A stretch of 64,000 nt of DNA. Origin: a virus. A program made the position numbers and the translations under genes. The notes beneath the pieces are model-generated. The model saw nothing but the letters and a program-made list of their open reading frames with translations, was not told the DNA's origin and made no database searches. Where the stretch lies: positions 1 through 64,000 of the IMG/VR virus record IMGVR_UViG_3300033388_007160. One strand, written 5' to 3'. Every line of letters begins with the position of its first letter. The first letter of the stretch is position 1. Below, one piece after another: positions 48,715 to 58,476 of the stretch.

Positions 48715-49084
48715 CGTGGCCTGTGTGGAGGAAAATGGCCGGTTATACTTCCGCGTGGAGTCCGAGGATGGCGACTTCGTGGTGTTTGTCGAGCAGGACG
48801 AATACACCGCTGAGCAATGGGTAATCCGTGTCTTCCCTCTTTTCAGCGTCAAGCTGGATACCTGGGACGAGGCCGAGTTTTTGCATGACATGCTTCAGTG
48901 GACTTCTGTCCTCTTGCTATCGCCGATCATCCATCCAATTGAAGGCGGCATGGCGATAGGCTTTCAGCGGGTCTTGGGTGATACAGACCTCTGGGCGCAG
49001 GTTGAAGGTTTCATCATTGACGTAGCCGTGGCCCGAAGTAAACTTATGAAGCACGCTATCGAGTGGGATTTTAGCGTGCGATGA
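48650..49084 (+). CDS. Hypothetical protein (YbjN-like fold possible)
   Basis: Size and alpha/beta pattern only. Confidence 0.4.
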   Translation: MIPMPKKKTLKEKLKNLLENRSVACVEENGRLYFRVESEDGDFVVFVEQDEYTAEQWVIRVFPLFSVKLDTWDEAEFLHDMLQWTSVLLLSPIIHPIEGGMAIGFQRVLGDTDLWAQVEGFIIDVAVARSKLMKHAIEWDFSVR

Positions 49085-49087
49085 AAG

Positions 49088-49393
49088 ATGCTATTGCCAA
49101 TCATGGATGAATGGGAAGACTTAACGCCGGAGGAACGCCGCCACATAGGCTGGCAACGCTTCATGAAATGCCCCGACGATGTTTATCTCTGCCCCCGATG
49201 TATGCCGCCTGGTGCAGTTTATCCTGACGACTTTGATTCATACGACGAATGGCTGCCTGACCCGCATTGCAAATTTTGCTTCGGCTTTGGCGTGGTCAGC
49301 GACATCACCGAAATCATTCGCGAGGCTGGGGAAGAAGAGGAAGCCCCTGCCCAGCAACCCGAAGATAACGATGAGGCCGAAGGTTTAGCTTGA
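49088..49393 (+). CDS. Small Cys-containing protein
   Basis: CPRC..CKFCFG. Confidence 0.45.
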   Translation: MLLPIMDEWEDLTPEERRHIGWQRFMKCPDDVYLCPRCMPPGAVYPDDFDSYDEWLPDPHCKFCFGFGVVSDITEIIREAGEEEEAPAQQPEDNDEAEGLA

Positions 49394-49411
49394 CGCGCAA
49401 GTGGGTATAGT
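49382..49411 (+). promoter_or_regulatory. SigB/SigF-type promoter GGTTT-N16-GGGTA (copy 2)
   Basis: AGGTTT-N14-GTGGGTATAGT at a gene boundary. Confidence 0.6.
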
Positions 49412-49416
49412 GTCTT

Positions 49417-49830
49417 ATGAGAAAGCCCAAAACAGAAAGGAGTGGCGGCACGGTGCCCGATGTAATCGTCAATGATATCAACATCACGGCGATAGCCTAT
49501 TCCGATAGGCTTGACCGGAGGCTCAAGGAAAAGTGCTTGAAGCGCCTTTTCGAGGCCTTTAAGGGCAACGAAGACATCGAGTGGTATCGTGAGTTGTATG
49601 ACTATGCCCGCAGGACCGGTTTGGATGTCACGCTTTCGGCCCTTCACAAGTCACTGGAGGCCGCATTTGAGGCTGATGCCCAGAAGACAACAGACATCCT
49701 CCACGAGCTAAACATCTGGCCTGCCCACGCACAGGGGATTTGCGAAGCCTGTGGTGGCCCAGTTGTTGACGAGGGGAACATGTGGATTTGCTGGTGGTGT
49801 TCTTGGGCCGAAGCCAAGTATCCTGAATAG
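49417..49830 (+). CDS. Zn-ribbon hypothetical protein
   Basis: CEACG..CWWC. Confidence 0.5.
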   Translation: MRKPKTERSGGTVPDVIVNDINITAIAYSDRLDRRLKEKCLKRLFEAFKGNEDIEWYRELYDYARRTGLDVTLSALHKSLEAAFEADAQKTTDILHELNIWPAHAQGICEACGGPVVDEGNMWICWWCSWAEAKYPE

Positions 49831-49854
49831 CGCGGGGAAAGGAGCTTCTATCAT

Positions 49855-50112
49855 ATGTATCTACCTGAGGAACCCAAAGTCAGTGCTGCGCCGGTGATTT
49901 TTATCGCCCTGTCGCTTCTTGTTTTCTTGATTGGCACGGCGATATGCTTCTACTATTCCACTTCTGGCTTGCCGGTCAGGCTAATTGTTGCCGTCTTGGG
50001 AGGCTTGGCTGCTGACGTAATATTCGGGGCGGCAGTCGCAGTATTCTTGCTGGCAGTTGGCTTGGTAGCCTATGTTCTAACTTACATCAGCGAAAGGATG
50101 AACCGGAAGTGA
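49855..50112 (+). CDS. Small membrane protein
   Basis: Two hydrophobic stretches. Confidence 0.55.
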   Translation: MYLPEEPKVSAAPVIFIALSLLVFLIGTAICFYYSTSGLPVRLIVAVLGGLAADVIFGAAVAVFLLAVGLVAYVLTYISERMNRK

Positions 50113-50705
50113 TACTTGATGATGCTTGGGGTATTGACGAAGCGGGCCGGGCAGCTATTGCTGGGCCACTTGTAATAGCGGCTTATCACCCATGCGAACA
50201 TATCGGAGGCGTAAAAGACAGTAAGAAACTTACTGAAAAGCAGCGCGAGGCCTTATATCCGCGATTGCTTGAATCGGGTGTAGCTAAAATCAAAGTCATT
50301 CCGGTCCGAAAGATTGACAAATACGGCATAGTCACGGCTGAAATGTGGGAAATTGGTTTTATGTTGGATGAGCAAATATACCACGAGGTGGTGGTAGATG
50401 GGCCACGTTACAAAGTCTGGGACGAGATAGAGCAAAATGTTATGGGCGTCCAGTTCCTCGGCGACGACCTACGCTTTGAAGTTGATGCCGATGACAAGTA
50501 TTATTCCGTGGCCGCCGCCAGTATCATCGCCAAAGTCTTCCGTGACCACCTGATGAAGCTCTGGCATGAAATCTATCCTGAATACAATTGGGCCAGCAAC
50601 AAAGGCTACCCGACGCCCGAACATTGCTGTGCTGTGCGTGAACATGGCCTTACGCCACTGCACCGGAAGACATTTGTTGAGCGGATTGTTTCAGGAAGGG
50701 GGTGA
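50109..50705 (+). CDS. rnhB: Ribonuclease HII
   Basis: GIDEAGR, DSKKL, VDG, AAASIIAKV.RD, NKGYPT, HRKTF. Confidence 0.92.
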   Translation: MILDDAWGIDEAGRAAIAGPLVIAAYHPCEHIGGVKDSKKLTEKQREALYPRLLESGVAKIKVIPVRKIDKYGIVTAEMWEIGFMLDEQIYHEVVVDGPRYKVWDEIEQNVMGVQFLGDDLRFEVDADDKYYSVAAASIIAKVFRDHLMKLWHEIYPEYNWASNKGYPTPEHCCAVREHGLTPLHRKTFVERIVSGRG

Positions 50706-51012
50706 CTATTGATGGCAAGTTCGTCTTCAGTGCCAACAACGTTCATTGTTTGCTTCTTGGTGGCTATTGTTACAACTATCCTAATAGGACTTGGATGTGC
50801 CAAGCAGGTGCCTTGCGAGGTCAAAGCAGGCCAGGCGGGTTGTTTCCGGCACAGTCAAGCTGGAGCCGCCGGTAATAGTTGAAACGGACGAAGTTTTCTA
50901 TGAATATCCCGACAGAGAATATTAACCGAGTAATTATCTACGTCGGGCCTAGCAAACCCGAATGTAGCCCAGACGAGTCTCAGCTTAAAGGGGAAAACAC
51001 CACAAAGGGGGC

Positions 51013-51345
51013 GTGCCGAGAATGAATTGTCTATCCAGTAAATTGAAGCAAGTATTGGATGCTATGCAGCAGATGGAACAGGATTTTGGGCATATAGAGA
51101 CCGGTATAAACAGTCTCCGCGAGAGCACGACATTTATCAAGCGTCGATTAAATGAATTGGTTTGGGCTCTGTGGGAAGGGACAGCAGAAGCGCGGTTCAT
51201 GGATGATTTGATAGATGCTCTGCATGTCTGTGCTAGCGTAAGCAAAACAATCGAATCTCTGGCCAAGTCAATTAGAGGTTCCAGCGACAAAAGTTTAGAA
51301 ATCATTGAAGAAGTGTGTGAAATCCTGAAGGAGAATGCCAGATGA
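51013..51345 (+). CDS. Hypothetical protein
   Basis: ORF track. Confidence 0.45.
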   Translation: MPRMNCLSSKLKQVLDAMQQMEQDFGHIETGINSLRESTTFIKRRLNELVWALWEGTAEARFMDDLIDALHVCASVSKTIESLAKSIRGSSDKSLEIIEEVCEILKENAR

Positions 51346-51878
51346 TTCGTGTCACCGAGAACCTTTACTGGGGTGCCATAGCGCCGCGCGAGGAAGGGTT
51401 GGCCATCGAGCCCAAGCAACTGGACCTGCTTATTTACTGCGGCGACTGTGAGGAATTTGCCCAATACGCTTCCGAGGAGCTTCGGGATGAGATAGACCGT
51501 TGGAATGTGCCGGTGATATGCCTTGGCTGGCATGATAATCCCGGAATGCCACCAACACGCAAGTCGATAACTTTCCTCGTTGATACCGTGAACATGATGC
51601 TACGTGCTGGCCGGTCGGTATGTATCGCCTGTGCCTTGGGCATTAACCGTTCTTTCTTTGCTTTGATGTGCTGTCTGGCCCGCACTGAACCTGAGTTTGA
51701 GGCCAGAATATCTGCCCTGAGCCGTTTGCGAGGTATTAATTACGAAGATTGGTTTCACCGCTATGCCATCTGGCGCACAGTTTGGGAGACGAGCAAAGAC
51801 AAAGCGAGAGATATCTCTGATGTGAAAAAGGGCCGGATGCAGGCCCCTCAAAGCTCACAAAAGGAGAGATTAAAATGA
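51342..51878 (+). CDS. Cys-dependent (PTP/dual-specificity) phosphatase-like protein
   Basis: CX5R motif CALGINRS; upstream WHD loop. Confidence 0.65.
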   Translation: MIRVTENLYWGAIAPREEGLAIEPKQLDLLIYCGDCEEFAQYASEELRDEIDRWNVPVICLGWHDNPGMPPTRKSITFLVDTVNMMLRAGRSVCIACALGINRSFFALMCCLARTEPEFEARISALSRLRGINYEDWFHRYAIWRTVWETSKDKARDISDVKKGRMQAPQSSQKERLK

Positions 51879-52102
51879 AACCAACACAGAAGCCCTATGA
51901 ATTCCTCGCCGAGAAGCTTCAATGGTATAAGATGAAGGCCAAAGAGTTGAGAATGGCCGTCTCTAGGCTAAAGGAAGGGGTAGAGAATCCACTGCTGTTA
52001 GCAGGCCTGGAAGTGCTGGATAAACTCGCCCGTGATGTGCTCTCTTGGTGCGAATACCGTGACTATCCACCATCCCTTAGGAGTGCGAATATTGCTCGAT
52101 AA
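51875..52102 (+). CDS. Hypothetical protein
   Basis: AAGGAG SD; ATGA coupling. Confidence 0.45.
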   Translation: MKPTQKPYEFLAEKLQWYKMKAKELRMAVSRLKEGVENPLLLAGLEVLDKLARDVLSWCEYRDYPPSLRSANIAR

Positions 52103-52208
52103 TGCAGGATACGGTTGGGACCCGCCCTATTATGATACCTACGACGAGGCCCGTGATGACGGTAGTTGGAGTGAGACCGTTTAAGCTATTTGAGGACGCT
52201 GTTAAGAT

Positions 52209-52748
52209 ATGGGCCGAGCAATCGCGAGAATGTTAATGAGGGAGGCGACGAGTATGTCCTCACTTGTTGCAGATTGGTGGTGTGTTTGCCTAAAGGAACA
52301 ATATGGTAGTGTGTCGTTCAGACCAGAGGGTGACGAAGTGCTTTTAAACCTGTGTCCTTCCACACCCGATTGGCATGACATCGTGCTAAGCATAAGCAGA
52401 AAAGACTGGATGCTAGAGTTGACACATAAGGTAGAAGCCGACTCGCCAAGTATTCTGCCTTGGGAAGTTCGGATTGATGCTGGGGCCAACGTTCGAGTCT
52501 GTGCCTATCGGCCTATTACCGGTTTGTGCTGTGGTTTGGCAGTACGACAAGTCAGCGAGGAGTTGTGTACTGCTGCTATTGGTGTTTCTCCTCCACTACA
52601 GGCGATTGTTGTTGCGGTACATCGCCAAGACGGCCTTATCTTGCTTGAGCATCCGATTAATATTGATGATGTATTCGTTCTTGCGAGTTACTTAGACGAA
52701 ATAGCAAAGCGCTATCGAGCATACGGATTTACAATTGAGAAAAGCTAA
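52209..52748 (+). CDS. Hypothetical protein
   Basis: ORF track. Confidence 0.45.
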   Translation: MGRAIARMLMREATSMSSLVADWWCVCLKEQYGSVSFRPEGDEVLLNLCPSTPDWHDIVLSISRKDWMLELTHKVEADSPSILPWEVRIDAGANVRVCAYRPITGLCCGLAVRQVSEELCTAAIGVSPPLQAIVVAVHRQDGLILLEHPINIDDVFVLASYLDEIAKRYRAYGFTIEKS

Positions 52749-52768
52749 GTGGTCAACGGTGAGGTGCG

Positions 52769-53932
52769 ATGCCGAAGGCGACGATAACGGTTATGCGCGT
52801 GGGGCACAGGGATAGCGACGCGGGCAAGCGGGCGCCAAGCGAGCTGCTGATAGTGACGCCCCAGGGGATAGGGGATGCGCTGATAGCGGCGACTGTGGGG
52901 TATCACTGCGAGGCTGCGGGCATAGCGACGGCGATACGGCGGGAGATACGGGGCGAAGCGGCGGTGCGCGGATGGAGCGTATCGGATTTTGATGTTAGTG
53001 AGCTGGAGTTGTTACCGTTGCTATCGGGGAGCGGGCGTGGTGAGGTGTTTCGGTTGGCGGGGCGCAGGAGCTTTGCGTGGCATGATGCGAGCGGCGGGGC
53101 GATGCTGGATAGGCTGCTCGCGGAGATTGGGTTGGAGCGGCAGGCGGCGCCTGCAACGGCGATGATAGGGGCGGATATCGAGCGGATGGAGATTGGCGGA
53201 GGCCACGGGATAATAGCGCCGTGGAAGCACAGCGCGCCAGAATACAGTATGAGCAAGGAGCAAGTAGCGGCTGCGGCTGCGGAGATGCGGGCGGCAGGCT
53301 TGATACCGGTGGTAGTGCACAGCGAGCGCGTAGACTTGGGTGGAGTAGATGCGGTGAATTGGACGGGGCAAACGCGGACGGTGCGAGAACTGCTACCGTT
53401 GCTCGCTGCGGCGCGGGTTGTTGTGACGGCGGATAATGGCATTTTGCACGCGGCGCAGGCGATGCAGGTGCCGACGGTTGCTGTGGCGAGCAGGCGCACG
53501 ATAGCGCCGGAGGCGTTTAGGGATTACGCGCCGATACTGTGGTGCATGGCGCGGGGCGAAACGCGAGCGGTGCGCGAGCGCACGATAATGCTCGCAGTGC
53601 GAGCGATGCTGAAGGCAAGCGAGGCGAGGTGGTGTATAGCGGGGCCGGAGCGCTATCTGTGTGGTGTGGAGCAGGCGGGGCGGCGGGTAGCGCGGGCGGC
53701 AGGGGTGTTTTACGCGAGGATGGACGCGGACGCGATTGCAGAAGCGGATGCGGTGATCGTCGAATATCATCCGTATTATCACGATGATTGGGCGGCTGTG
53801 TTTGAGGAGCTGCGTGCTCGCGGTTGGCAGGGGGAGATAATTTGGAGCGTGCACAAGGCGGCGGACTTGACGCGCGAGGGGCGGCAGGCGGAGATAGCGG
53901 AATTGGAGGTTGTTGGCGAGCATGGCGGATAA
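52769..53932 (+). CDS. Glycosyltransferase, GT9, with C-terminal extra domain
   Basis: QGIGDAL, NWTGQT, ADNGILHAAQA. Confidence 0.75.
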   Translation: MPKATITVMRVGHRDSDAGKRAPSELLIVTPQGIGDALIAATVGYHCEAAGIATAIRREIRGEAAVRGWSVSDFDVSELELLPLLSGSGRGEVFRLAGRRSFAWHDASGGAMLDRLLAEIGLERQAAPATAMIGADIERMEIGGGHGIIAPWKHSAPEYSMSKEQVAAAAAEMRAAGLIPVVVHSERVDLGGVDAVNWTGQTRTVRELLPLLAAARVVVTADNGILHAAQAMQVPTVAVASRRTIAPEAFRDYAPILWCMARGETRAVRERTIMLAVRAMLKASEARWCIAGPERYLCGVEQAGRRVARAAGVFYARMDADAIAEADAVIVEYHPYYHDDWAAVFEELRARGWQGEIIWSVHKAADLTREGRQAEIAELEVVGEHGG

Positions 53933-54437
53933 GGAACGCGCGCTGGTATTGATGGAGCATTGCGATGATGCGGGCGGAACGCAGGCGCTGCTCACGGGGG
54001 TTGACTACTTTTTGCGAGGGCGATGGAGCGAGCAGGAGCTGCAGCGGGCTTTGCAGCAGGCGGATATATTCGTGTATGCGGATGATGTGGACGAACCCGA
54101 CCAATCGGCTGCGGCGGCGGATGTGTTGGGGTTCGGGCGCCCCGTGGTAGTATCGGGCTGCAGGAAACATGCGGATGTGTTGCCGTGGTGCGTGCAAGCG
54201 AAGGGGGCGCAGGAGATAGCTGAGCGAGTATTGTGGCTGCTGAGCAATGCTGCTGCATACCAGCGGGCGGGGCTACGGGCGCTGCAGGGAGCGAGCTTTC
54301 GGCGGCAACGGGTGCTCGCGCGGCAGTATCGGGCGGCGGTTGTCCATGTTTTGGCGAGGCGATACTTGCGGGATTATCGTGGCGCAGGGGGGAATACTGG
54401 CCCTAAGCGAGCGGTCGAACATGAACGCGATGGATGA
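53922..54437 (+). CDS. GT-B C-terminal half-like protein
   Basis: ADIFVY..QSAAAADVLGFGRPVV. Confidence 0.55.
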   Translation: MADKERALVLMEHCDDAGGTQALLTGVDYFLRGRWSEQELQRALQQADIFVYADDVDEPDQSAAAADVLGFGRPVVVSGCRKHADVLPWCVQAKGAQEIAERVLWLLSNAAAYQRAGLRALQGASFRRQRVLARQYRAAVVHVLARRYLRDYRGAGGNTGPKRAVEHERDG

Positions 54438-54592
54438 AGCCAGCTACGAAAGTGGAGAGAATGTGGCCGAAGGCTTGCACTGGTACGTGCATGGTTATGG
54501 GCAGAGGCGATGTTGTTGCCGATAGCGCCGCGAGGCCACAACATGGTTTGGGAGACGAACAGAGATTGAATAAAATAGGAGGGGAAACGAAA

Positions 54593-55339
54593 ATGCAGCA
54601 GCCATTTGTACCGGAGATAGGGCAATTGCTCTTCGCGGGCAATAGAATCGGTCCATGCGAAGTCCCAGATTTTGTCAAGTCGGGGCTATACCAGATCTCG
54701 TCGGCTTTAATAGCTCGCTTCAGTGAGAATCCTCAAGATGAAATGCCAGCTTATGGTTGGCCGTTTATGAACAACACCTTCATGATGCGCAATTATTGCT
54801 GGTGCGAGCGGGGCGACTGCCCTTGGTGTTCAGGTGGCAAGTGCACATGTCCACCATCGGCATTCATTGTCGAAAAAAACGGAGTCCGCAAAACGGCTGA
54901 AGAGGTTGAGAAAGAAATCCTAGCTCAAATCGGCGAGGAACCCCCTCTGTTCTTGGAGAAGAATCCTGAGACGCCAGAACCGGGTATGCGTGTTTTCGAA
55001 GTTGCGCCGAATCCTGAGTATGATAGGTGGCGGCGGGAATACGAACGTCTTATAGAAGGTTGGCAAGTAGTTGAGCATCACCCTGTTTGTCCGTCTTGCA
55101 GGCCGCCGCGCTGGTGGGCTGATGTTGGGGCGGTTGGCTGCGCTGCCCCAAACTTCTGGTATAAACCTACAGATCTGAAGATATGGTGGTATAAATACAT
55201 CGGACGAAGCATGAGCAGCAATCGTGGGATAACAAGCGACGAATGGCAACAAGTCGTGTTGCATGTTTTGCGTTCGCTGGAAGACGACCCTGTTGACCAA
55301 TTGGAGCCGCTATTGCGCAAGCTGTACGAAGCCGATTGA
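54593..55339 (+). CDS. Hypothetical phage protein
   Basis: GGAGG SD; PNF.YKP..WYKYIGR. Confidence 0.55.
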   Translation: MQQPFVPEIGQLLFAGNRIGPCEVPDFVKSGLYQISSALIARFSENPQDEMPAYGWPFMNNTFMMRNYCWCERGDCPWCSGGKCTCPPSAFIVEKNGVRKTAEEVEKEILAQIGEEPPLFLEKNPETPEPGMRVFEVAPNPEYDRWRREYERLIEGWQVVEHHPVCPSCRPPRWWADVGAVGCAAPNFWYKPTDLKIWWYKYIGRSMSSNRGITSDEWQQVVLHVLRSLEDDPVDQLEPLLRKLYEAD

Positions 55340-55346
55340 TAATATC

Positions 55347-55817
55347 ATGCAATCAGTGGGGGTAGGGTTTTTATGCTTTCGTCCACTTCGCTGGCGAGCA
55401 CCGTCAAAAAACTTGCTCATAAAGCTATTCGATGAGTGGACTTTAGTCTGGGCAACAGAAGACAATCAAGTAGAGGTGCATTTGCCCTTTATTGACGTGC
55501 ACCGCGATGAGTTGACATTGTATGTTCGGCAAGCGGCCAATGGCGAATACATAGTCACCGACGGCGGCTTGATTGTTAGCAACTTGGAATTCGACGGCCT
55601 GCAAGTGGCCGAGGGCACCAGACTTCATCGTGTCGTCATATCTCTGCTTGAAGGCACGTCCTTGAACCTTAAAGGTGGCGAGATATATGGCTCTGGGCCG
55701 CTGCACAAGCTGCCGAGCATAATCTGGGAACTTGTTCGTGTCTTCATGTATGTCCAAGGTGCACGGGCTATGTATGAAATCGTGCGGAGAAAAGGAGGAG
55801 ACAAGCATGGCAACTGA
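55347..55817 (+). CDS. DUF1828-like protein
   Basis: PFID...D.LTLYV..TDGG. Confidence 0.55.
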   Translation: MQSVGVGFLCFRPLRWRAPSKNLLIKLFDEWTLVWATEDNQVEVHLPFIDVHRDELTLYVRQAANGEYIVTDGGLIVSNLEFDGLQVAEGTRLHRVVISLLEGTSLNLKGGEIYGSGPLHKLPSIIWELVRVFMYVQGARAMYEIVRRKGGDKHGN

Positions 55818-56250
55818 AGATATGAAGGCCTTCTACAGAAACAATCCATTCTGCTGGACAACCTTCGAGGATGTGGAGGACGAATACTGGCGTTTGTTTG
55901 AGTCTCACGACCGCGATGAAGACAGGCTTGTCCGTGTGGCCGAGATTTTGCGGAAGGCGCTAATCACGGCTGCTAAGCGTCTGTGGGGGCCGACGTTTTC
56001 TGGCTATGTGATACTCATTCGAGGCCGCAGGGCAATATATATCCTGCAATACAACGCTGGGTCTCCTACGGGCTGGGAAGTACTCGGCCATGTCCGAAGG
56101 CCTTTTGATTTCCCGGATAATCTGAAATACTGGTGGCAGACGGATTGGCAATACGGTTGGTGGGACGAGAAGAACCCGTGGGCCGGGCCAGATTATGGGC
56201 CTGTGGGTGTTGATATTGTTGAGGTACAAAAGCGCTTGCGTGATGCCTGA
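55807..56250 (+). CDS. Hypothetical protein
   Basis: AGGAGGAG SD. Confidence 0.5.
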   Translation: MATEDMKAFYRNNPFCWTTFEDVEDEYWRLFESHDRDEDRLVRVAEILRKALITAAKRLWGPTFSGYVILIRGRRAIYILQYNAGSPTGWEVLGHVRRPFDFPDNLKYWWQTDWQYGWWDEKNPWAGPDYGPVGVDIVEVQKRLRDA

Positions 56251-56348
56251 GGCTGTCTAGAAGTGGTGGTATCACAAGGGCAATGTCAGTGAGGACAGGG
56301 ACAATACACAGTTGCCGATTTGAGGGGACTTAACTGGCAGTCTGTCTA

Positions 56349-56377
56349 TTGACAGGCAATGCCAAACGTGATAATAT
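56349..56377 (+). promoter_or_regulatory. sigma70-like promoter in the IS left end
   Basis: TTGACA-17-TAATAT. Confidence 0.5.
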
Positions 56378-56386
56378 ATTACCGCC

Positions 56387-56974
56387 ATGAAGCTAAGTGA
56401 TTGGGCCAAGCAGCAAGGCATCAGTTATCGCACGGCATGGAGATGGTTTAGGCAAGGACGCTTGCCGTGTAGGGCTGAGCAGATGCCTTCGGGGACCATA
56501 TTGGTCTATCCCGATGAGGAAACACAAACAGATGAAGCTGTAGTGATTTATGCTCGTGTTTCGTCCAGCAACCAGCGTGGAGACTTGCAGCGGCAGGTTG
56601 AACGGCTTGTGACTTACGCCAATGCTCGCGGCTGGAGAATTGCGGATATTGTCACAGAGATAGGTTCGGGCCTCAACGGTCGCCGGAAGAAGCTGTTGAA
56701 GCTGTTGGCCGACCCCAATGTTCGCCATATCCTCGTAGAACACCGAGACCGCTTGGCCCGTTTCGGTGTTGAGTTTATAGAGGCAGCGTTGTCTGCCAGT
56801 GGCCGCAAGCTTACGGTGGTAGATGAAACAGAATTCAAAGACGACTTATGGCAGGACTTTGTGGATTTGGTTACCAGCATGGCGGTCCGCATATATGGCC
56901 GTCGAGGCGCACGAAACCGTGCGCAACGTGCTTTAGAGGCCCTGAGGCACGGCGATGACAATCTTAAGGAGTAG
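56387..56974 (+). CDS. tnpA: IS607 serine transposase
   Basis: N-terminal HTH, YARVSS, DRLARFG. Confidence 0.95.
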   Translation: MKLSDWAKQQGISYRTAWRWFRQGRLPCRAEQMPSGTILVYPDEETQTDEAVVIYARVSSSNQRGDLQRQVERLVTYANARGWRIADIVTEIGSGLNGRRKKLLKLLADPNVRHILVEHRDRLARFGVEFIEAALSASGRKLTVVDETEFKDDLWQDFVDLVTSMAVRIYGRRGARNRAQRALEALRHGDDNLKE

Positions 56975-58049
56975 CAAGCTTAGCTTCAAAGAAGCAACGG
57001 AAGCCAAGCTGGCTATCCTGCAGAAGATAGCTGAAGATTACCGTCGTGCCGTTAACTGGTTCATAGACTGGTATTGGCAACACGGCCTCCGCCGCTTTCC
57101 TGAAACCGAAGTAGTCAATGCCTGTCCTGTGGATTGGTTCACTCATCGCATGAAGAAGGTGGCTGCACAGCAGGCCCTTGGTATAGTCCGCGTTGCCTGC
57201 AAGCGAGGCCGGAAAACAAAGCCTGAATATAAGCAGCTTAAGATACAAGCTCAATGCACCATTGCGCGGTTGCGGCAACCCAAAGAGGCCGAGAGCTTTG
57301 ATTACTGGCTTGAGCTGCGGTGCATAGGCAACAAATTACGCTTGGACTTGCCCCTGAAAGCCAACAAACATTTCAACCGCTTCGTAGCTGAAGGCTGGAA
57401 ACAGCATAGTGGACTGCTTATTGATGTAAAGCGACGCACTGTGACGGTAGTATTCGAGAAGGATGAGAAACCTGCAGATGATACGTCACACCCCGTTGCT
57501 GTAGACATCGGGGCAAGTTCATGTCTATTTGCCTGTGCCGACTTTGCCCACGCTGGCTGTCTTGGTCTGCAGATTGGCGACCTTCTACAAAAGGTTGCGC
57601 GGAAACAACATGGCTCCAAGCGCCAGAAGAAAGCTCGACGCCGGTTGAGGCATTACATTGATGAACAAGTCAAGAACCTGCTCAAAGCTTTTCAACCTAG
57701 CTGCGTCGTGGCCGAAAGATTGCATAACGTGCTGCAGCGAACCAAACAAGACCGTAAGCTAAATAAAGCAGTTCGCTGCCTCCTCGGTGGTTGGTGCTAC
57801 CGTTACGCGCTGGAGCGGTTGCGCATGACATGCGAAGTCAACCGTGTTGGCTTCCATGTCGTGCCGCCGCAGTATACCAGCCAGCGGTGCCCAGCCTGCG
57901 GCCACATCGAGGAGTCGAACCGCCGAGGCAGGATGTTTCGCTGTCGGCAATGTGGGTATATTGACCATGCCGACTTAGTGGCCGCCAGAAACATCCTGTG
58001 GCGGTTCACTGAGGAGATTACCGTCCCTCAGGCGGCGGAAGCCGGTTGA
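56955..58049 (+). CDS. tnpB: TnpB RNA-guided endonuclease
   Basis: VDIG, AERL, TSQRCPACG, CRQCG, ADLVAARNI. Confidence 0.92.
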   Translation: MTILRSSKLSFKEATEAKLAILQKIAEDYRRAVNWFIDWYWQHGLRRFPETEVVNACPVDWFTHRMKKVAAQQALGIVRVACKRGRKTKPEYKQLKIQAQCTIARLRQPKEAESFDYWLELRCIGNKLRLDLPLKANKHFNRFVAEGWKQHSGLLIDVKRRTVTVVFEKDEKPADDTSHPVAVDIGASSCLFACADFAHAGCLGLQIGDLLQKVARKQHGSKRQKKARRRLRHYIDEQVKNLLKAFQPSCVVAERLHNVLQRTKQDRKLNKAVRCLLGGWCYRYALERLRMTCEVNRVGFHVVPPQYTSQRCPACGHIEESNRRGRMFRCRQCGYIDHADLVAARNILWRFTEEITVPQAAEAG

Positions 58050-58113
58050 CAATGTTTGACCACGTAACCGGCAACGGTCAGATGAGCTTGCCATACGAAA
58101 GGAGGCTAATGAA

Positions 58114-58476
58114 ATGCAAGACTATGTATTTGTGGAATGGCATGGTAGGTTGAGGGCGTTGCTCAGAGTCTTGGCTTCAGTAGAACAAGACTTGAAGGAT
58201 GTGGTGCGTCAAGCGGTAAGCTATGGCGTCGCCCCAGCCCATCAAATCCGCCGTATTGACCGTGCATTCTGGGAGATTACTGATGCTGTGTTTGAGGTCC
58301 TGGAAAACATCGCAGACCGGATTGATGGCCTCGATTTGGAGACGACCATGCAGGCCCTTGAGGCCGAGATTAAAGCCAAAGGCGTAAGCCCGAAACAAAT
58401 ACAGCAGGCCGCGGAAGAAGTTCGGCGCGAGGCTTACGAAGAGAAGTACGGGGAGGGGGAGGCCGGACGTGAATGA
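58114..58476 (+). CDS. Hypothetical protein
   Basis: AAGGAGG SD. Confidence 0.5.
   Translation: MQDYVFVEWHGRLRALLRVLASVEQDLKDVVRQAVSYGVAPAHQIRRIDRAFWEITDAVFEVLENIADRIDGLDLETTMQALEAEIKAKGVSPKQIQQAAEEVRREAYEEKYGEGEAGRE

Larger units (their letters stand above)
56328..58077 (+). mobile_element. IS607-family insertion sequence (TnpA + TnpB)
   Basis: Overlapping tnpA/tnpB. Left end follows GAGGGG and right end terminates ..GCAACGG (GG core). End positions are inferred. Confidence 0.85.

Noticed and set aside
49390-49411. sigma70 promoter TTGACG..TATAGT
   Set aside because: Spacer is only 10 bp; the SigB-type reading fits better.
50712-50925. 56-aa lipobox ORF (LGC), possibly frameshifted or spanin-like
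   Set aside because: Too short, far from the holin, and no clear lesion restores the frame.
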